Source: Bacteroidota bacterium (GTDB lineage: Bacteria > Bacteroidota > Bacteroidia > Bacteroidales > UBA12481). From it: a DNA stretch of 64,000 nt. Each line of letters starts with the position of its first letter. Position 1 is the stretch's first letter. The notes below the pieces were generated by a model. The model was not told the DNA's origin. It worked only from the letters and a program-made list of their open reading frames with translations, and did no database searches. Positions 49,707-58,756 of the stretch are shown here, one piece after another. The DNA lies in contig JAYEFL010000286.1 in NCBI GenBank assembly GCA_034658635.1, positions 1,773 through 65,772 on the forward strand. Reading direction: 5' to 3'. The translations under genes were made by a program, and so were the position numbers.

Positions 49707-51023
49707 ATGTCAACAAGAAGAGATTTTGTAAAAACCGGTGCTACTATAGCTGCAGGAGTTTCTGCAGTATCATTAGTTCCGGGCGCAGTAAGTTGTGCTA
49801 ATCAGGCTAATAACAAACTTGTTGTTGGAGCAATCGGGATCAATGGAATGGGCTTTTCCGACCTGAGAGCTTTTTTAAGAGAAGAAAATGTTGAGTGTGC
49901 TGCAATATGTGATGTTGATCAGAATGTGCTCAAAAAAAGAATGCCACAGATCGAAGAAATGCAGGGATTTGCTCCGGAAACATATGGAGATTATCAGAAG
50001 CTGCTTGAAAGAAAAGATCTGGATGCAGTTATCATTGGTACTCCTGATCATTGGCATGCAAAAATCATGATTGATGCTGTTAAAGCCGGGAAGCATGTCT
50101 ATGTTGAAAAGCCAATGGCCAATTCTATCTATGAAGCATTTCAGATGGAAAAAGCGGCAAAAAAATACAAGCGGGTTGTGCAGTTAGGACAATGGCAAAG
50201 AAGTGATCCGCACTGGAATGATGTTTTTGACTACGTGCAGTCTGGTGTTTTAGGTGATATTCGCACCGTTAAAGTATGGTGCTATGAGTCCTGGCTAAGA
50301 CCTCCTGGTCCGGTTGCTGACGGACCTGTACCTGCAGGTGTTGACTATGACATGTGGTTAGGACCAGCACCTTTGAGGGATTTTAACAGAAACCGCTTCC
50401 ACTTTAATTTCCGTTGGTTCTGGGATTATGCCGGTGGATTAATGACAGACTGGGGTGTTCACCTCCTGGATATGGCCTTGGCCGGAATGAAAGCAGACCT
50501 CCCAAATTCAGCTATGAGTGCCGGGGGAAAAATGGCCTTTTTGGATAGTCCGATTGAAACTCCGGATACTCAACAAGTAATTTATGAATTTGATGAATTT
50601 AATGTGATATGGGATCACGCCATGGGTATTGGAAATGGCGACTGGAGAAGAGATCATGGATTATCCTTCATAGGCAACAACGGAACGCTGGTAGTAGATC
50701 GCGGTGGCTGGGAGGTATTTCCTGAAGGCTCAAAAGAGAAGCCCCTTGTTCAACCAGTATCAAGAATCAAAGGAACTGGTCAGGGCCTTACCCTGAATGT
50801 TCAGAATTTCATTGAGGGAATCAAAAATAAAGATAGAAATACCAAAGCCAACCCAACAATTGGTCGCGCTGTTGCCGGCATGGCTCATATGGGTAACATC
50901 GCCCTTAAGGTTGGAAACAAAGTGTATTGGGATCATGACAAAAAAGAATTCAAAGACAACCCAAAAGCCAATGAATTGATGGCTCCGGTTTATCGCGATC
51001 CATGGAAACTTCCAAAAGTGTAA
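49707..51023 (+). CDS. Gfo/Idh/MocA family oxidoreductase, Tat-exported (paralog 1 of a tandem pair)
   Basis: ATG 49707 gives MSTRRDFVKTGATIAAG. It carries GAIGINGMG, VYVEKPMANSIYEA, and FRWFWDYAGGLMTDWGVHLLDMA. Confidence 0.9.
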   Translation: MSTRRDFVKTGATIAAGVSAVSLVPGAVSCANQANNKLVVGAIGINGMGFSDLRAFLREENVECAAICDVDQNVLKKRMPQIEEMQGFAPETYGDYQKLLERKDLDAVIIGTPDHWHAKIMIDAVKAGKHVYVEKPMANSIYEAFQMEKAAKKYKRVVQLGQWQRSDPHWNDVFDYVQSGVLGDIRTVKVWCYESWLRPPGPVADGPVPAGVDYDMWLGPAPLRDFNRNRFHFNFRWFWDYAGGLMTDWGVHLLDMALAGMKADLPNSAMSAGGKMAFLDSPIETPDTQQVIYEFDEFNVIWDHAMGIGNGDWRRDHGLSFIGNNGTLVVDRGGWEVFPEGSKEKPLVQPVSRIKGTGQGLTLNVQNFIEGIKNKDRNTKANPTIGRAVAGMAHMGNIALKVGNKVYWDHDKKEFKDNPKANELMAPVYRDPWKLPKV

Positions 51024-51029
51024 AGAACT

Positions 51030-52364
51030 ATGACAGTTAACAGACGGAAATTTCTAAAAACCTCAATAACCATGGCTGGTGGAGTGGGAGTTTTATCTAC
51101 TCTGCCACTAAATTACTCCTGTAGCCGACCAGGAGCTAATGATATAATACGTGTTGGCTTGATCGGGTGTCGGAATATGGGGTTTTCTAACATTCGTCAG
51201 TTTATTGTTCAACCTGATGTTGAAGTGGTTGCCTTGTGCGATATTGATGAAAGCATCCTGAACCAAAGAGCTGCAGATCTTGAGAAATTCGCTTATGAAA
51301 AGGATGTTCCTGAGTTTAGAAAACCTGAACTATATAAGGATTTTCGCAAGGTGCTAGATAGAAAAGATGTGGATGCAGTAATCATAGCAACCCCTGATCA
51401 TTGGCATGCTTTGATGACTATTATGGCCTGCCAGGCAGGTAAAGATGTGTACGTTGAGAAACCCATGGCAAACTCAATCTTCGAGGCTGATCTTATGGCC
51501 AGAGCAGGAGATCGATACAACTCTGTCATACAGGTAGGCCAATGGCAAAGAAGCGGCCCCCACTGGCACGATATGATGGATTTCATCTCAAGCGGTCAAT
51601 TAGGCGAAATTGATCAAATTGATGTTTGGAGATTTGGAGGAAATGAGGTTCCGGTGAAACCTGACGGTCCGATTCCTGCAGGAGTAAACTACGACATGTG
51701 GTTAGGGCCTGCTCCATTGAGAAACTTCAATCCGAATCGTTTTCACTATAACTTCAGATGGTTCTGGGATTATGCCGGTGGCAAGATGACTGACTGGGGA
51801 GTTCATCTGCTTGACATGGCCATACAAGCTATGAATATCCATCATCCACGTACAATACAAGCAAGTGGAGGGAAATTATTCTTTCCTGATGATGCCATGG
51901 AAACGCCTGACACCCTCAAAGTTCAATATGATTTTAATAATCTTAAGGTAGTCTGGCAAAATGATTTCAGTCGACAAGAAAATCAATTTGGGCTTGGCCA
52001 TGGTCTGGCTTTTCATGCCGAAAACGGACTATTGATTGCGAGCAGAAACGGCTGGAAAGTAGAACCCAAAGTTAACAATGGTACACCATTAATGGAAGCT
52101 GTTGATCCCAAGCCATCAACCGGAAAAGATCTGAGCTTACATGTCAGAGATTTCCTTGATTCCATTAAATCCAGAAACCGATCAACAAAATGCTCTGCAG
52201 AAATTGGTCGTGATGTTGCCCGTGTTGCAAACATGGGGAATATCGCTTACCGAACAGGTGAAACCCTGCACTGGAATCCTGAGACTGAAAAATTCTCTGA
52301 AACAGCTGCCAACAAATTGCTTTGCCCAGAATACCGGAAACCATGGGAATTGCCAAAATTTTAA
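51030..52364 (+). CDS. Gfo/Idh/MocA family oxidoreductase, Tat-exported (paralog 2 of a tandem pair)
   Basis: It has a Tat signal (NRRKFLKTSITMAGG), GLIGCRNMG, VYVEKPMANSIFEA, and FRWFWDYAGGKMTDWGVHLLDMA. Confidence 0.9.
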   Translation: MTVNRRKFLKTSITMAGGVGVLSTLPLNYSCSRPGANDIIRVGLIGCRNMGFSNIRQFIVQPDVEVVALCDIDESILNQRAADLEKFAYEKDVPEFRKPELYKDFRKVLDRKDVDAVIIATPDHWHALMTIMACQAGKDVYVEKPMANSIFEADLMARAGDRYNSVIQVGQWQRSGPHWHDMMDFISSGQLGEIDQIDVWRFGGNEVPVKPDGPIPAGVNYDMWLGPAPLRNFNPNRFHYNFRWFWDYAGGKMTDWGVHLLDMAIQAMNIHHPRTIQASGGKLFFPDDAMETPDTLKVQYDFNNLKVVWQNDFSRQENQFGLGHGLAFHAENGLLIASRNGWKVEPKVNNGTPLMEAVDPKPSTGKDLSLHVRDFLDSIKSRNRSTKCSAEIGRDVARVANMGNIAYRTGETLHWNPETEKFSETAANKLLCPEYRKPWELPKF

Positions 52365-52477
52365 CCTGATAACACATATGAACCGAGCATGACAAAAGGA
52401 AATTATTTTATCACACACAAGGATGATTATTTTTGTTATGTGAGCTACATCCAACAAATAGAATTAAATATAAACGG

Positions 52478-53215
52478 ATGAAAACCCACGCTTTTATTGT
52501 CGCACTATTATTTTTTCTGCCATCAGTTTTACTTGCTCAGAAACCAAAGATGACTGAAGACTGGAGCAAGCAACCTCCAATCATTACTGCTGGCAAAAGA
52601 TCTAAACCTCCATCAGATGCCACTATCCTTTACCGTACCCGTAAAGATTTGAATAATTGGCAATCCGGAAGAAATGGAGAACCTGCCAAATGGAAGGCTA
52701 CACTATGCGGAATGACTGTTAACGGAACTGGTGGAATTGTTTCAAAACAGGCATTTGGAGATATCCAATTACATGTTGAATGGCGTTCTCCCCGTAAAGT
52801 CAACCCTGAAGCTGAGGGGCAGGGAAGGGGAAATTCTGGTATATATATTCAGGGGAAATACGAAGTCCAAATCCTTGATTCCTATGAAAATGAAACTTAC
52901 TATAATGGTCAGGCAGGATCTATTTACAAGCAATCTGCTCCCCTGGTAAACACAAGTCGAAAACCTGGAAAATGGCAGAGTTATGACATTGTTTTTCACG
53001 CCCCACGTTTCCATGCAGATGGAAGTCTAAAAAGTCCTGCCACTATAACCGTTTTTCATAATGGAGTCCTCATTCAGGATCACTATGTATTGAAGGGCGA
53101 AACCGTTTTTGGCGGCTTCCCAAAATACAGACCTCATCCTGAAAAACTCCCAATGATGTTGCAGGATCACGGAAATCCTGTTAAATACCGGAATATTTGG
53201 GTAAGGGAACTATAA
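52478..53215 (+). CDS. DUF1080 / 3-keto-disaccharide hydrolase family protein (secreted)
   Basis: ATG 52478 gives a signal peptide (MKTHAFIVALLFFLPSVLLAQ). It carries GNSGIYIQGKYEVQILDSYEN and a C-terminal VKYRNIWVREL. Confidence 0.85.
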   Translation: MKTHAFIVALLFFLPSVLLAQKPKMTEDWSKQPPIITAGKRSKPPSDATILYRTRKDLNNWQSGRNGEPAKWKATLCGMTVNGTGGIVSKQAFGDIQLHVEWRSPRKVNPEAEGQGRGNSGIYIQGKYEVQILDSYENETYYNGQAGSIYKQSAPLVNTSRKPGKWQSYDIVFHAPRFHADGSLKSPATITVFHNGVLIQDHYVLKGETVFGGFPKYRPHPEKLPMMLQDHGNPVKYRNIWVREL

Positions 53216-53223
53216 GCTCACCC

Positions 53224-53270
53224 CTTGCCCCGGATCGAGTCCGGGGCAGGCTCTCTCAAGGTGGAGAGGG
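53224..53270 (+). terminator. Two tandem GC-rich hairpins after the DUF1080 gene (putative terminator or REP-like element)
   Basis: TGCCCCGGA-tcgag-TCCGGGGCA forms a 9-bp perfect stem, extendable to 11 bp. It is followed by CTCTC-aaggtg-GAGAG. No T-tract is present. Confidence 0.5.
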
Positions 53271-53307
53271 AGGTAAATTACACGTTTAATTTGTAATACA
53301 AATCTCT

Positions 53308-54198
53308 ATGGAACGACGAAATTTTTTAAAAACCGCAGGTATTACCGGCGTTGGTCTGGCTGTTGCTCCAGGCTTGATTACCTCTTGCGAATCAGAGCCC
53401 TGGTTTCAGATTTCTTTGGCTCAATGGTCATTGCATCGTGAACTAAGATCAAAAGCCTTAAAGCACCTCAGCTTTCCATTGAAGGCTAAACAGTCGTTTG
53501 GGATTACAGCTGTAGAGTATGTCAGTACCTTCTTCGAGGGATGGGAAATTGATGAAAAATATGTGGCTGAACTCAAGAGAATCACCGATTATAATGGAAT
53601 TACTAATGTTCTGATTATGGTCGATGGAGAAGGTTCCCTCGGAGCAGCAGATCAAAAAGAACGGAGTGAGGCTGTGAAAAACCACCACAAATGGGTGGAG
53701 GTGGCAAAAACACTGGGATGTCATTCTATTCGAGTCAATGCCAGGGGAACAGGCTCAGCCGATGAATTGAAAAAAACCTCTGCAGACGGACTTCGCAGTT
53801 TATCTGAATACGCCAAGAATTTCGATATTGGTGTAATTGTCGAAAATCATGGTGGCCTCTCAAGTAACGGAGCCTGGCTGGCATCTGTGATGAAGGAAGT
53901 AAACATGGAAAACTGTGGAACCCTACCAGATTTTGGAAATTTCAAAATAAGCGCAGAAGAAGAATACGACCGCTACAAAGGAGTAAAAGAACTCATGCCA
54001 TACGCAAAGGGAGTAAGTGCCAAATCCCATGATTTTGATGCAGAAGGCTACGAGATCCATACCGATTATGACAAAATGATGAAAATTGTCAAAAAATCAG
54101 GATACAGGGGATATATTGGGATTGAGTATGAAGGGGGAGAATTTACTGAGGATGAGGGGATTATGCTTACTAAGAGGCTGTTGGAGAGGTATTTTTAG
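53308..54198 (+). CDS. Xylose-isomerase-like TIM-barrel protein (sugar phosphate isomerase/epimerase family), Tat-exported
   Basis: It has a Tat signal with a lipobox-like end (MERRNFLKTAGITGVGLAVAPGLITSC). TIM-barrel motifs are present: HSIRVNA, VIVENHGG, GYIGIEYEG. Confidence 0.85.
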   Translation: MERRNFLKTAGITGVGLAVAPGLITSCESEPWFQISLAQWSLHRELRSKALKHLSFPLKAKQSFGITAVEYVSTFFEGWEIDEKYVAELKRITDYNGITNVLIMVDGEGSLGAADQKERSEAVKNHHKWVEVAKTLGCHSIRVNARGTGSADELKKTSADGLRSLSEYAKNFDIGVIVENHGGLSSNGAWLASVMKEVNMENCGTLPDFGNFKISAEEEYDRYKGVKELMPYAKGVSAKSHDFDAEGYEIHTDYDKMMKIVKKSGYRGYIGIEYEGGEFTEDEGIMLTKRLLERYF

Positions 54199-54201
54199 TT
54201 G

Positions 54202-54257
54202 ATCGTTATTCATCTTTCGTTATTCGTCTTTCGTTATTCGTCATTCGTCTTTCGTTT
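54202..54257. repeat. Heptamer tandem repeat TTCGTNN, about 8 copies
   Basis: The units read atcgtta ttcatct ttcgtta ttcgtct ttcgtta ttcgtca ttcgtct ttcgttt. The same heptamers occur reverse-complemented at 1976-1997 (aaaacgaaagacgaaagacgaa). Confidence 0.85.
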
Positions 54258-54270
54258 TTAGTGCTTTTTA

Positions 54271-54340
54271 TCTGAATATATTGGGATTTGGAACATCTCG
54301 GATCGCAGAGACGGCAGTTTCAAATCCCAATATATTCAGA
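54271..54340. repeat. Perfect 20-bp inverted repeat with 30-nt spacer between convergent genes
   Basis: tctgaatatattgggatttg (54271-54290) is the exact reverse complement of caaatcccaatatattcaga (54321-54340). Confidence 0.9.
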
Positions 54341-54360
54341 CAAACTCTTATTACTTATTA

Positions 54361-55350
54361 CTACTCAAAAGCAGCATCAAAAGCAATATCAGAAGCCGGA
54401 AAGTCGACGTTACGAACGAATTCGCAGGCTTCAGCGGCACCGTGCTCACGGTCCATTCCGCTGTCTTCCCATTCAACCGATAATGGACCATTGTATTTGA
54501 TGCGGTTCAGGGCTCTGATAATCTCTTCAAAATCGATGTTTCCATGACCAAGACTCCGGAAATCCCAATATCTCCTGCGATCCCCAAAATCAAGATGACC
54601 GCCAAAAACACCAGCTTCTGTTGGGAATGGCGACCAGCCCACATCCTTCATGTGAACATGGAAAATCTTTTCGGCAAATTTATAGATGAACTCTACATAG
54701 TCTACTCCCTGATATCCTAAATGACTGGGGTCATAATTGAAGCCAAAAGCAGAATGATTATTTATGGCAGTTAATGCTCTTTCAGCAGTAGCTATATCAA
54801 ATGCTATTTCAGTAGGATGAACTTCAAGAGCAAATTTTATTCCCAAACTCTCATACTCATCCATTATCGGCTTGAATCTTCTTGCAAAATCTGCATAACC
54901 CTCTTCGATCATTTCAGGTGGAACAGGTGGAAATGAATAATTAAGGTGCCAGATAGAACTCCCGGTAAACCCATTAACTACATTCACTCCCAAGCGTTTT
55001 GCTGCTTCGGCAGTTTTAACCAATTCATCTGCAGCCCGCTTACTAATACCTTCAGCATCACCATCTTTCCATATGTAATCAGGCAGTATTGACTTGTGCC
55101 GGATATCAATAATATCACAAACAGCCTGTCCGACAAGATGAGAGGAAATAGCCCATGTATTTAATCCGTATTTCGAAAGAATCTCTCTCTTATTATCACA
55201 ATAAGCCTGATCGGCTTTATCTACTTCGAAATGATCACCCCAACAGGCAAGCTCAAGCCCGTCGTAGCCAAAGTCTCTGGCCTTCTCACAAATAGTTTGA
55301 AAGGATAAATCAGCCCATTGTCCGGTAAAAAGTGTAACTGGTCGTACCAT
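54361..55350 (-). CDS. Xylose-isomerase-like TIM-barrel protein (sugar phosphate isomerase/epimerase family), cytoplasmic
   Basis: 329 aa with no signal peptide. Motifs: [40 protein letters not shown]. Confidence 0.88.
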   Translation of the reverse strand: MVRPVTLFTGQWADLSFQTICEKARDFGYDGLELACWGDHFEVDKADQAYCDNKREILSKYGLNTWAISSHLVGQAVCDIIDIRHKSILPDYIWKDGDAEGISKRAADELVKTAEAAKRLGVNVVNGFTGSSIWHLNYSFPPVPPEMIEEGYADFARRFKPIMDEYESLGIKFALEVHPTEIAFDIATAERALTAINNHSAFGFNYDPSHLGYQGVDYVEFIYKFAEKIFHVHMKDVGWSPFPTEAGVFGGHLDFGDRRRYWDFRSLGHGNIDFEEIIRALNRIKYNGPLSVEWEDSGMDREHGAAEACEFVRNVDFPASDIAFDAAFE

Positions 55351-55463
55351 GATTGAATATTTTTGGTTTTACAGACCTATATCAGTCTGATAAGTCAAAA
55401 TTAAAAAAAACTGCTAATTTTATGCGTTATTCTATCAAAGTAGATTAATCTAAACCAATTATT

Positions 55464-56645
55464 ATGACCGAACAACAACACAATGCCAAAAGATTATTCC
55501 TGATGAGTTGCATAGCACTTGTCACTACTGCCATGACTTTCGCTATAAGGGCGAGTTTAGAAAACGTTTGGGGAGGCGAATTTAACCTCACAGCCACTCA
55601 AATGGCGATTGCAATTGGTACGGCTTTCTGGGGATTTACTCTTGCCCAGTTCATTGGAGGCCCCTTGGTAGATTTACTGGGAATGAAACGATTTATAAGA
55701 ATTGCATTCTTCATGCATGCCATTGGAATAGTGCTCACTATTTTTGCAGGTGGTTTCTGGATCCTGTTTATCGGAACTTTGTTTATAGGTATAGGAAATG
55801 GTTCTATTGAAGCCGGATGTAACCCCCTTGTAGCAACAATTTTTCCAGATGCAAAAACGAAAATGCTGAACCGTTTTCATATCTGGTTCCCAGGGGGTAT
55901 TGTAATTGGAGGTCTTGTTTCTTATCTTATTTTGGAGGTATTGGAATGGTCATGGCCAATTCTGGTAAGCACTCTTGTTATTCCAATGCTTGCTTATGGC
56001 GCTATTATGTGGGGACAAAAATTCCCAATCACAGAAAGGGTGAAAATGGGCGTATCCTACGGTGGCATGTGGAAAGCTATTTTTAAACCAGTATTCCTGA
56101 TAATGCTTTTTGCAATGCTTTTGAGTGCGGCAACAGAACTAACCACCGGACAACGAATTTCATCCCTTTTGACAGAAACAGGAACCGCACCCATCCTTGT
56201 TTTAGCTTTTATTAATGGTATTATGGCTGTTGGGCGAGCATTTGCAGGACCTGTTGTACACCGTATCAATGCTACAGGTATGCTAATGTTTTCCGCCATT
56301 GTCAGTATGATAGGACTTTTAATGCTTAGCTACTTTAGCGGGGCAGGATTAACCTACCTTTCTGCTGCTGTTTTTGCCATTGGTGTATGCTTTTTCTGGC
56401 CCACTATGCTGGGTTTTGTATCAGAAAAAATGCCGGAAACAGGGGCACTCGGACTATCAATTTTCGGGGGGGCAGGAATGCTTTCAAACGTCCTCTTCTT
56501 GTTCATTTCCGGTAAATTTACGGATGCAGGAGCAAGCGGACAGGAAATCCTGAGATTAACTGCTATTCTGCCAGCAGTACTAATAATAATTTTCGCAGTT
56601 GTGTTTATTACTATGCGAAAGCAGGAAAATAAAGGTATTGCATAA
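55464..56645 (+). CDS. MFS transporter (sugar-type)
   Basis: 393 aa with about 12 TM helices. The organisation of the N-terminal half is typical of MFS. Confidence 0.8.
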   Translation: MTEQQHNAKRLFLMSCIALVTTAMTFAIRASLENVWGGEFNLTATQMAIAIGTAFWGFTLAQFIGGPLVDLLGMKRFIRIAFFMHAIGIVLTIFAGGFWILFIGTLFIGIGNGSIEAGCNPLVATIFPDAKTKMLNRFHIWFPGGIVIGGLVSYLILEVLEWSWPILVSTLVIPMLAYGAIMWGQKFPITERVKMGVSYGGMWKAIFKPVFLIMLFAMLLSAATELTTGQRISSLLTETGTAPILVLAFINGIMAVGRAFAGPVVHRINATGMLMFSAIVSMIGLLMLSYFSGAGLTYLSAAVFAIGVCFFWPTMLGFVSEKMPETGALGLSIFGGAGMLSNVLFLFISGKFTDAGASGQEILRLTAILPAVLIIIFAVVFITMRKQENKGIA

Positions 56646-56658
56646 AAAGAAATTAATC

Positions 56659-57789
56659 ATGAAAAGACTAATATGGGGCATGATAGGAGGAGGCAAAGGA
56701 GCCTTTATCGGTGGAGCCCATCGCATCGCTGCCAAAATCGCCAACCGATACGAATTCGTTGGAGGGGTTTTTGACCTTGACTATGATTTATCAAAGGAGT
56801 TTGCCCTGGAAGAAGGCCTGGATCTCAAACGTGTTTATCCCGATATCAACACTTTCATTGAAGGGGAACTGGGAATGCCAGCCGGAGAAAGAATTCAGGT
56901 GGTCTCAATTGTTACTCCAAATTTTCTGCATTACGAGCATGCCAGAAAACTTCTGCTAAATGGCTTTCACGTAATCTGTGAGAAACCTGTAACAATGACT
57001 TCAGCAGAAGCTATGGATCTCCAGGAAATCGTTCTGGAGAAAGGCCTGGTCTTTGCCCTCACTCATACCTACACCGGATATCCCATGGTGAGGGAAATGA
57101 AGCGTAGAATTGAAGCTGGTGATATAGGTGATATTCAGCGCGTTGAAGCAAAATACCTTCAAGGATGGATCAATCCTATTATCCATGGAGGAGAAGCTAA
57201 ATTGGCGACATGGCGGCTAGACCCGAAAATCTCCGGCATAAGTTCATGCCTGGGGGATATTGGAGTACACGCTTTCAACTTGATTGAATATACTACTGGC
57301 CTGGAAATTCAGGCAGTGCTATCTGCACTTAACAACCTGAAGGAAGACAATCCTTTGGACCTGGATGGAAATGTTCTGCTTCGATTCAAAGAAAACCTTA
57401 CTGGCGTAATCCTGGTATCCCAAATCGCTACCGGTGAAGAAAATAATATCCGGATATCAGTATACGGATCCAAGGGCGGTTTTCATTGGGAACAGGAGAA
57501 CCCAAATGAACTGAAAATGTTTCACGAAGGTGCACCCTATGAGATTATCAAACCAGGTTATGGATACCTGAGTGACTTTGCTCAGGAAAGTCATGTACTG
57601 CCTCCTGGTCATCCGGAAGGAATATATGAAGCTTTTGGGAACCTCTACAAGGGCGCTGCTAAAGCAATTCAAGGAGAACCCATCGTTCAAGGACAATTCC
57701 CTGGTATTGAGGAGGGTGTGAGAGGGATGCGCTTTATTGAATCAGCAGTACAATCCAATAAAGACGGAAACATCTGGATCGCGATATAA
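56659..57789 (+). CDS. Gfo/Idh/MocA family oxidoreductase, cytoplasmic
   Basis: ATG 56659 gives MKRLIWGMIGGGKGAFIGGAHR, a Rossmann fold with no Tat signal. The VICEKPVT motif is present. Confidence 0.9.
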   Translation: MKRLIWGMIGGGKGAFIGGAHRIAAKIANRYEFVGGVFDLDYDLSKEFALEEGLDLKRVYPDINTFIEGELGMPAGERIQVVSIVTPNFLHYEHARKLLLNGFHVICEKPVTMTSAEAMDLQEIVLEKGLVFALTHTYTGYPMVREMKRRIEAGDIGDIQRVEAKYLQGWINPIIHGGEAKLATWRLDPKISGISSCLGDIGVHAFNLIEYTTGLEIQAVLSALNNLKEDNPLDLDGNVLLRFKENLTGVILVSQIATGEENNIRISVYGSKGGFHWEQENPNELKMFHEGAPYEIIKPGYGYLSDFAQESHVLPPGHPEGIYEAFGNLYKGAAKAIQGEPIVQGQFPGIEEGVRGMRFIESAVQSNKDGNIWIAI

Positions 57790-57792
57790 GAT

Positions 57793-57824
57793 AAACCTGT
57801 CAGGTCTTCAGGCCTGACAGGTTT
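57793..57824 (+). terminator. Strong hairpin after the cytoplasmic Gfo/Idh/MocA gene (putative terminator)
   Basis: AAACCTGTCAGG (57793-57804) pairs perfectly with CCTGACAGGTTT (57813-57824) around an 8-nt loop, starting 3 nt after the stop codon. Confidence 0.6.
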
Positions 57825-57836
57825 AAAAGACATTGA

Positions 57837-58754
57837 ATGGAATTAAGTATCGTCATACCACTATACAATGAAGCTGATGGTGTTGAAGAACTGCTCAGCC
57901 GAACTGTCAGTGCCCTGATCCAGACCCATAAGGAATATGAAATTATTGTGGTTGACGATGGCAGTACAGATCAAACACTGCATTTGCTACTTGAACTGAG
58001 AGAAAAGAATCCACTCATCAAGGTGCTTCAACTCTCCAGAAACTTCGGACACCAGGCTGCATACACAGCTGGCATGCATCAAGCAAAAGGAAAGTTTATT
58101 GTATTAATTGATGGCGACTTGCAGGATCCACCTGAGCTAATTGTTGATATGTATAACAAAATATCAGGCCGGGATCTGGATGTTGTGTATGGAAAACGAA
58201 TCAATTCTCCACAGTTGAGTCGCCGACCTATACTTGCAAGGTATTTTCACAAATTGTTTAAGAGATTATCCGGATTTCCCGATATGGATAATGTGGGAAA
58301 TTTCAGTATCATGAACAGACGGGCACTTGATGCTATTCTTTCATTTAGTGAAAACGTACGTTATCTGCCAGGATTAAGACGACTTATTGGCTTTCAGCAA
58401 GGATTCATCGAATATGAGAGATTACCACGCTTTTCAGGTAAATCAAAAATGCGAATTTCTCAATTACTCTCGCTGAGCTCAGATGCAATTTTCTCTTTTT
58501 CAAAAGTCCCGATAAAAATCTGCCTGTATATGGGCATCATCGGGGTTGTAGTTTTTTTCCTTGCAGGAGTTTACACATTGATTGCTAAACTTGCCGGCTT
58601 CGCTTTGCTTGGTTGGTCATCAACTGTTCTTGCAATTTATTTCCTGGGTTCTATCCAATTAACCTTTATGGGTGTTATTGGTGAATACGTGTACCGTATC
58701 TATAAAGAAAGCCAGAAACGTCCCCTCTATTTCGTCAGAGAATTTCATCAGTAA
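57837..58754 (+). CDS. Family 2 glycosyltransferase, polyprenyl-phosphate sugar synthase type (ArnC/GtrB/DPM1-like)
   Basis: 305 aa with LSIVIPLYNE, VVDDGSTD, DGDLQDPPE, and two C-terminal TM helices as in GtrB/ArnC. Confidence 0.9.
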   Translation: MELSIVIPLYNEADGVEELLSRTVSALIQTHKEYEIIVVDDGSTDQTLHLLLELREKNPLIKVLQLSRNFGHQAAYTAGMHQAKGKFIVLIDGDLQDPPELIVDMYNKISGRDLDVVYGKRINSPQLSRRPILARYFHKLFKRLSGFPDMDNVGNFSIMNRRALDAILSFSENVRYLPGLRRLIGFQQGFIEYERLPRFSGKSKMRISQLLSLSSDAIFSFSKVPIKICLYMGIIGVVVFFLAGVYTLIAKLAGFALLGWSSTVLAIYFLGSIQLTFMGVIGEYVYRIYKESQKRPLYFVREFHQ

Positions 58755-58756
58755 TC

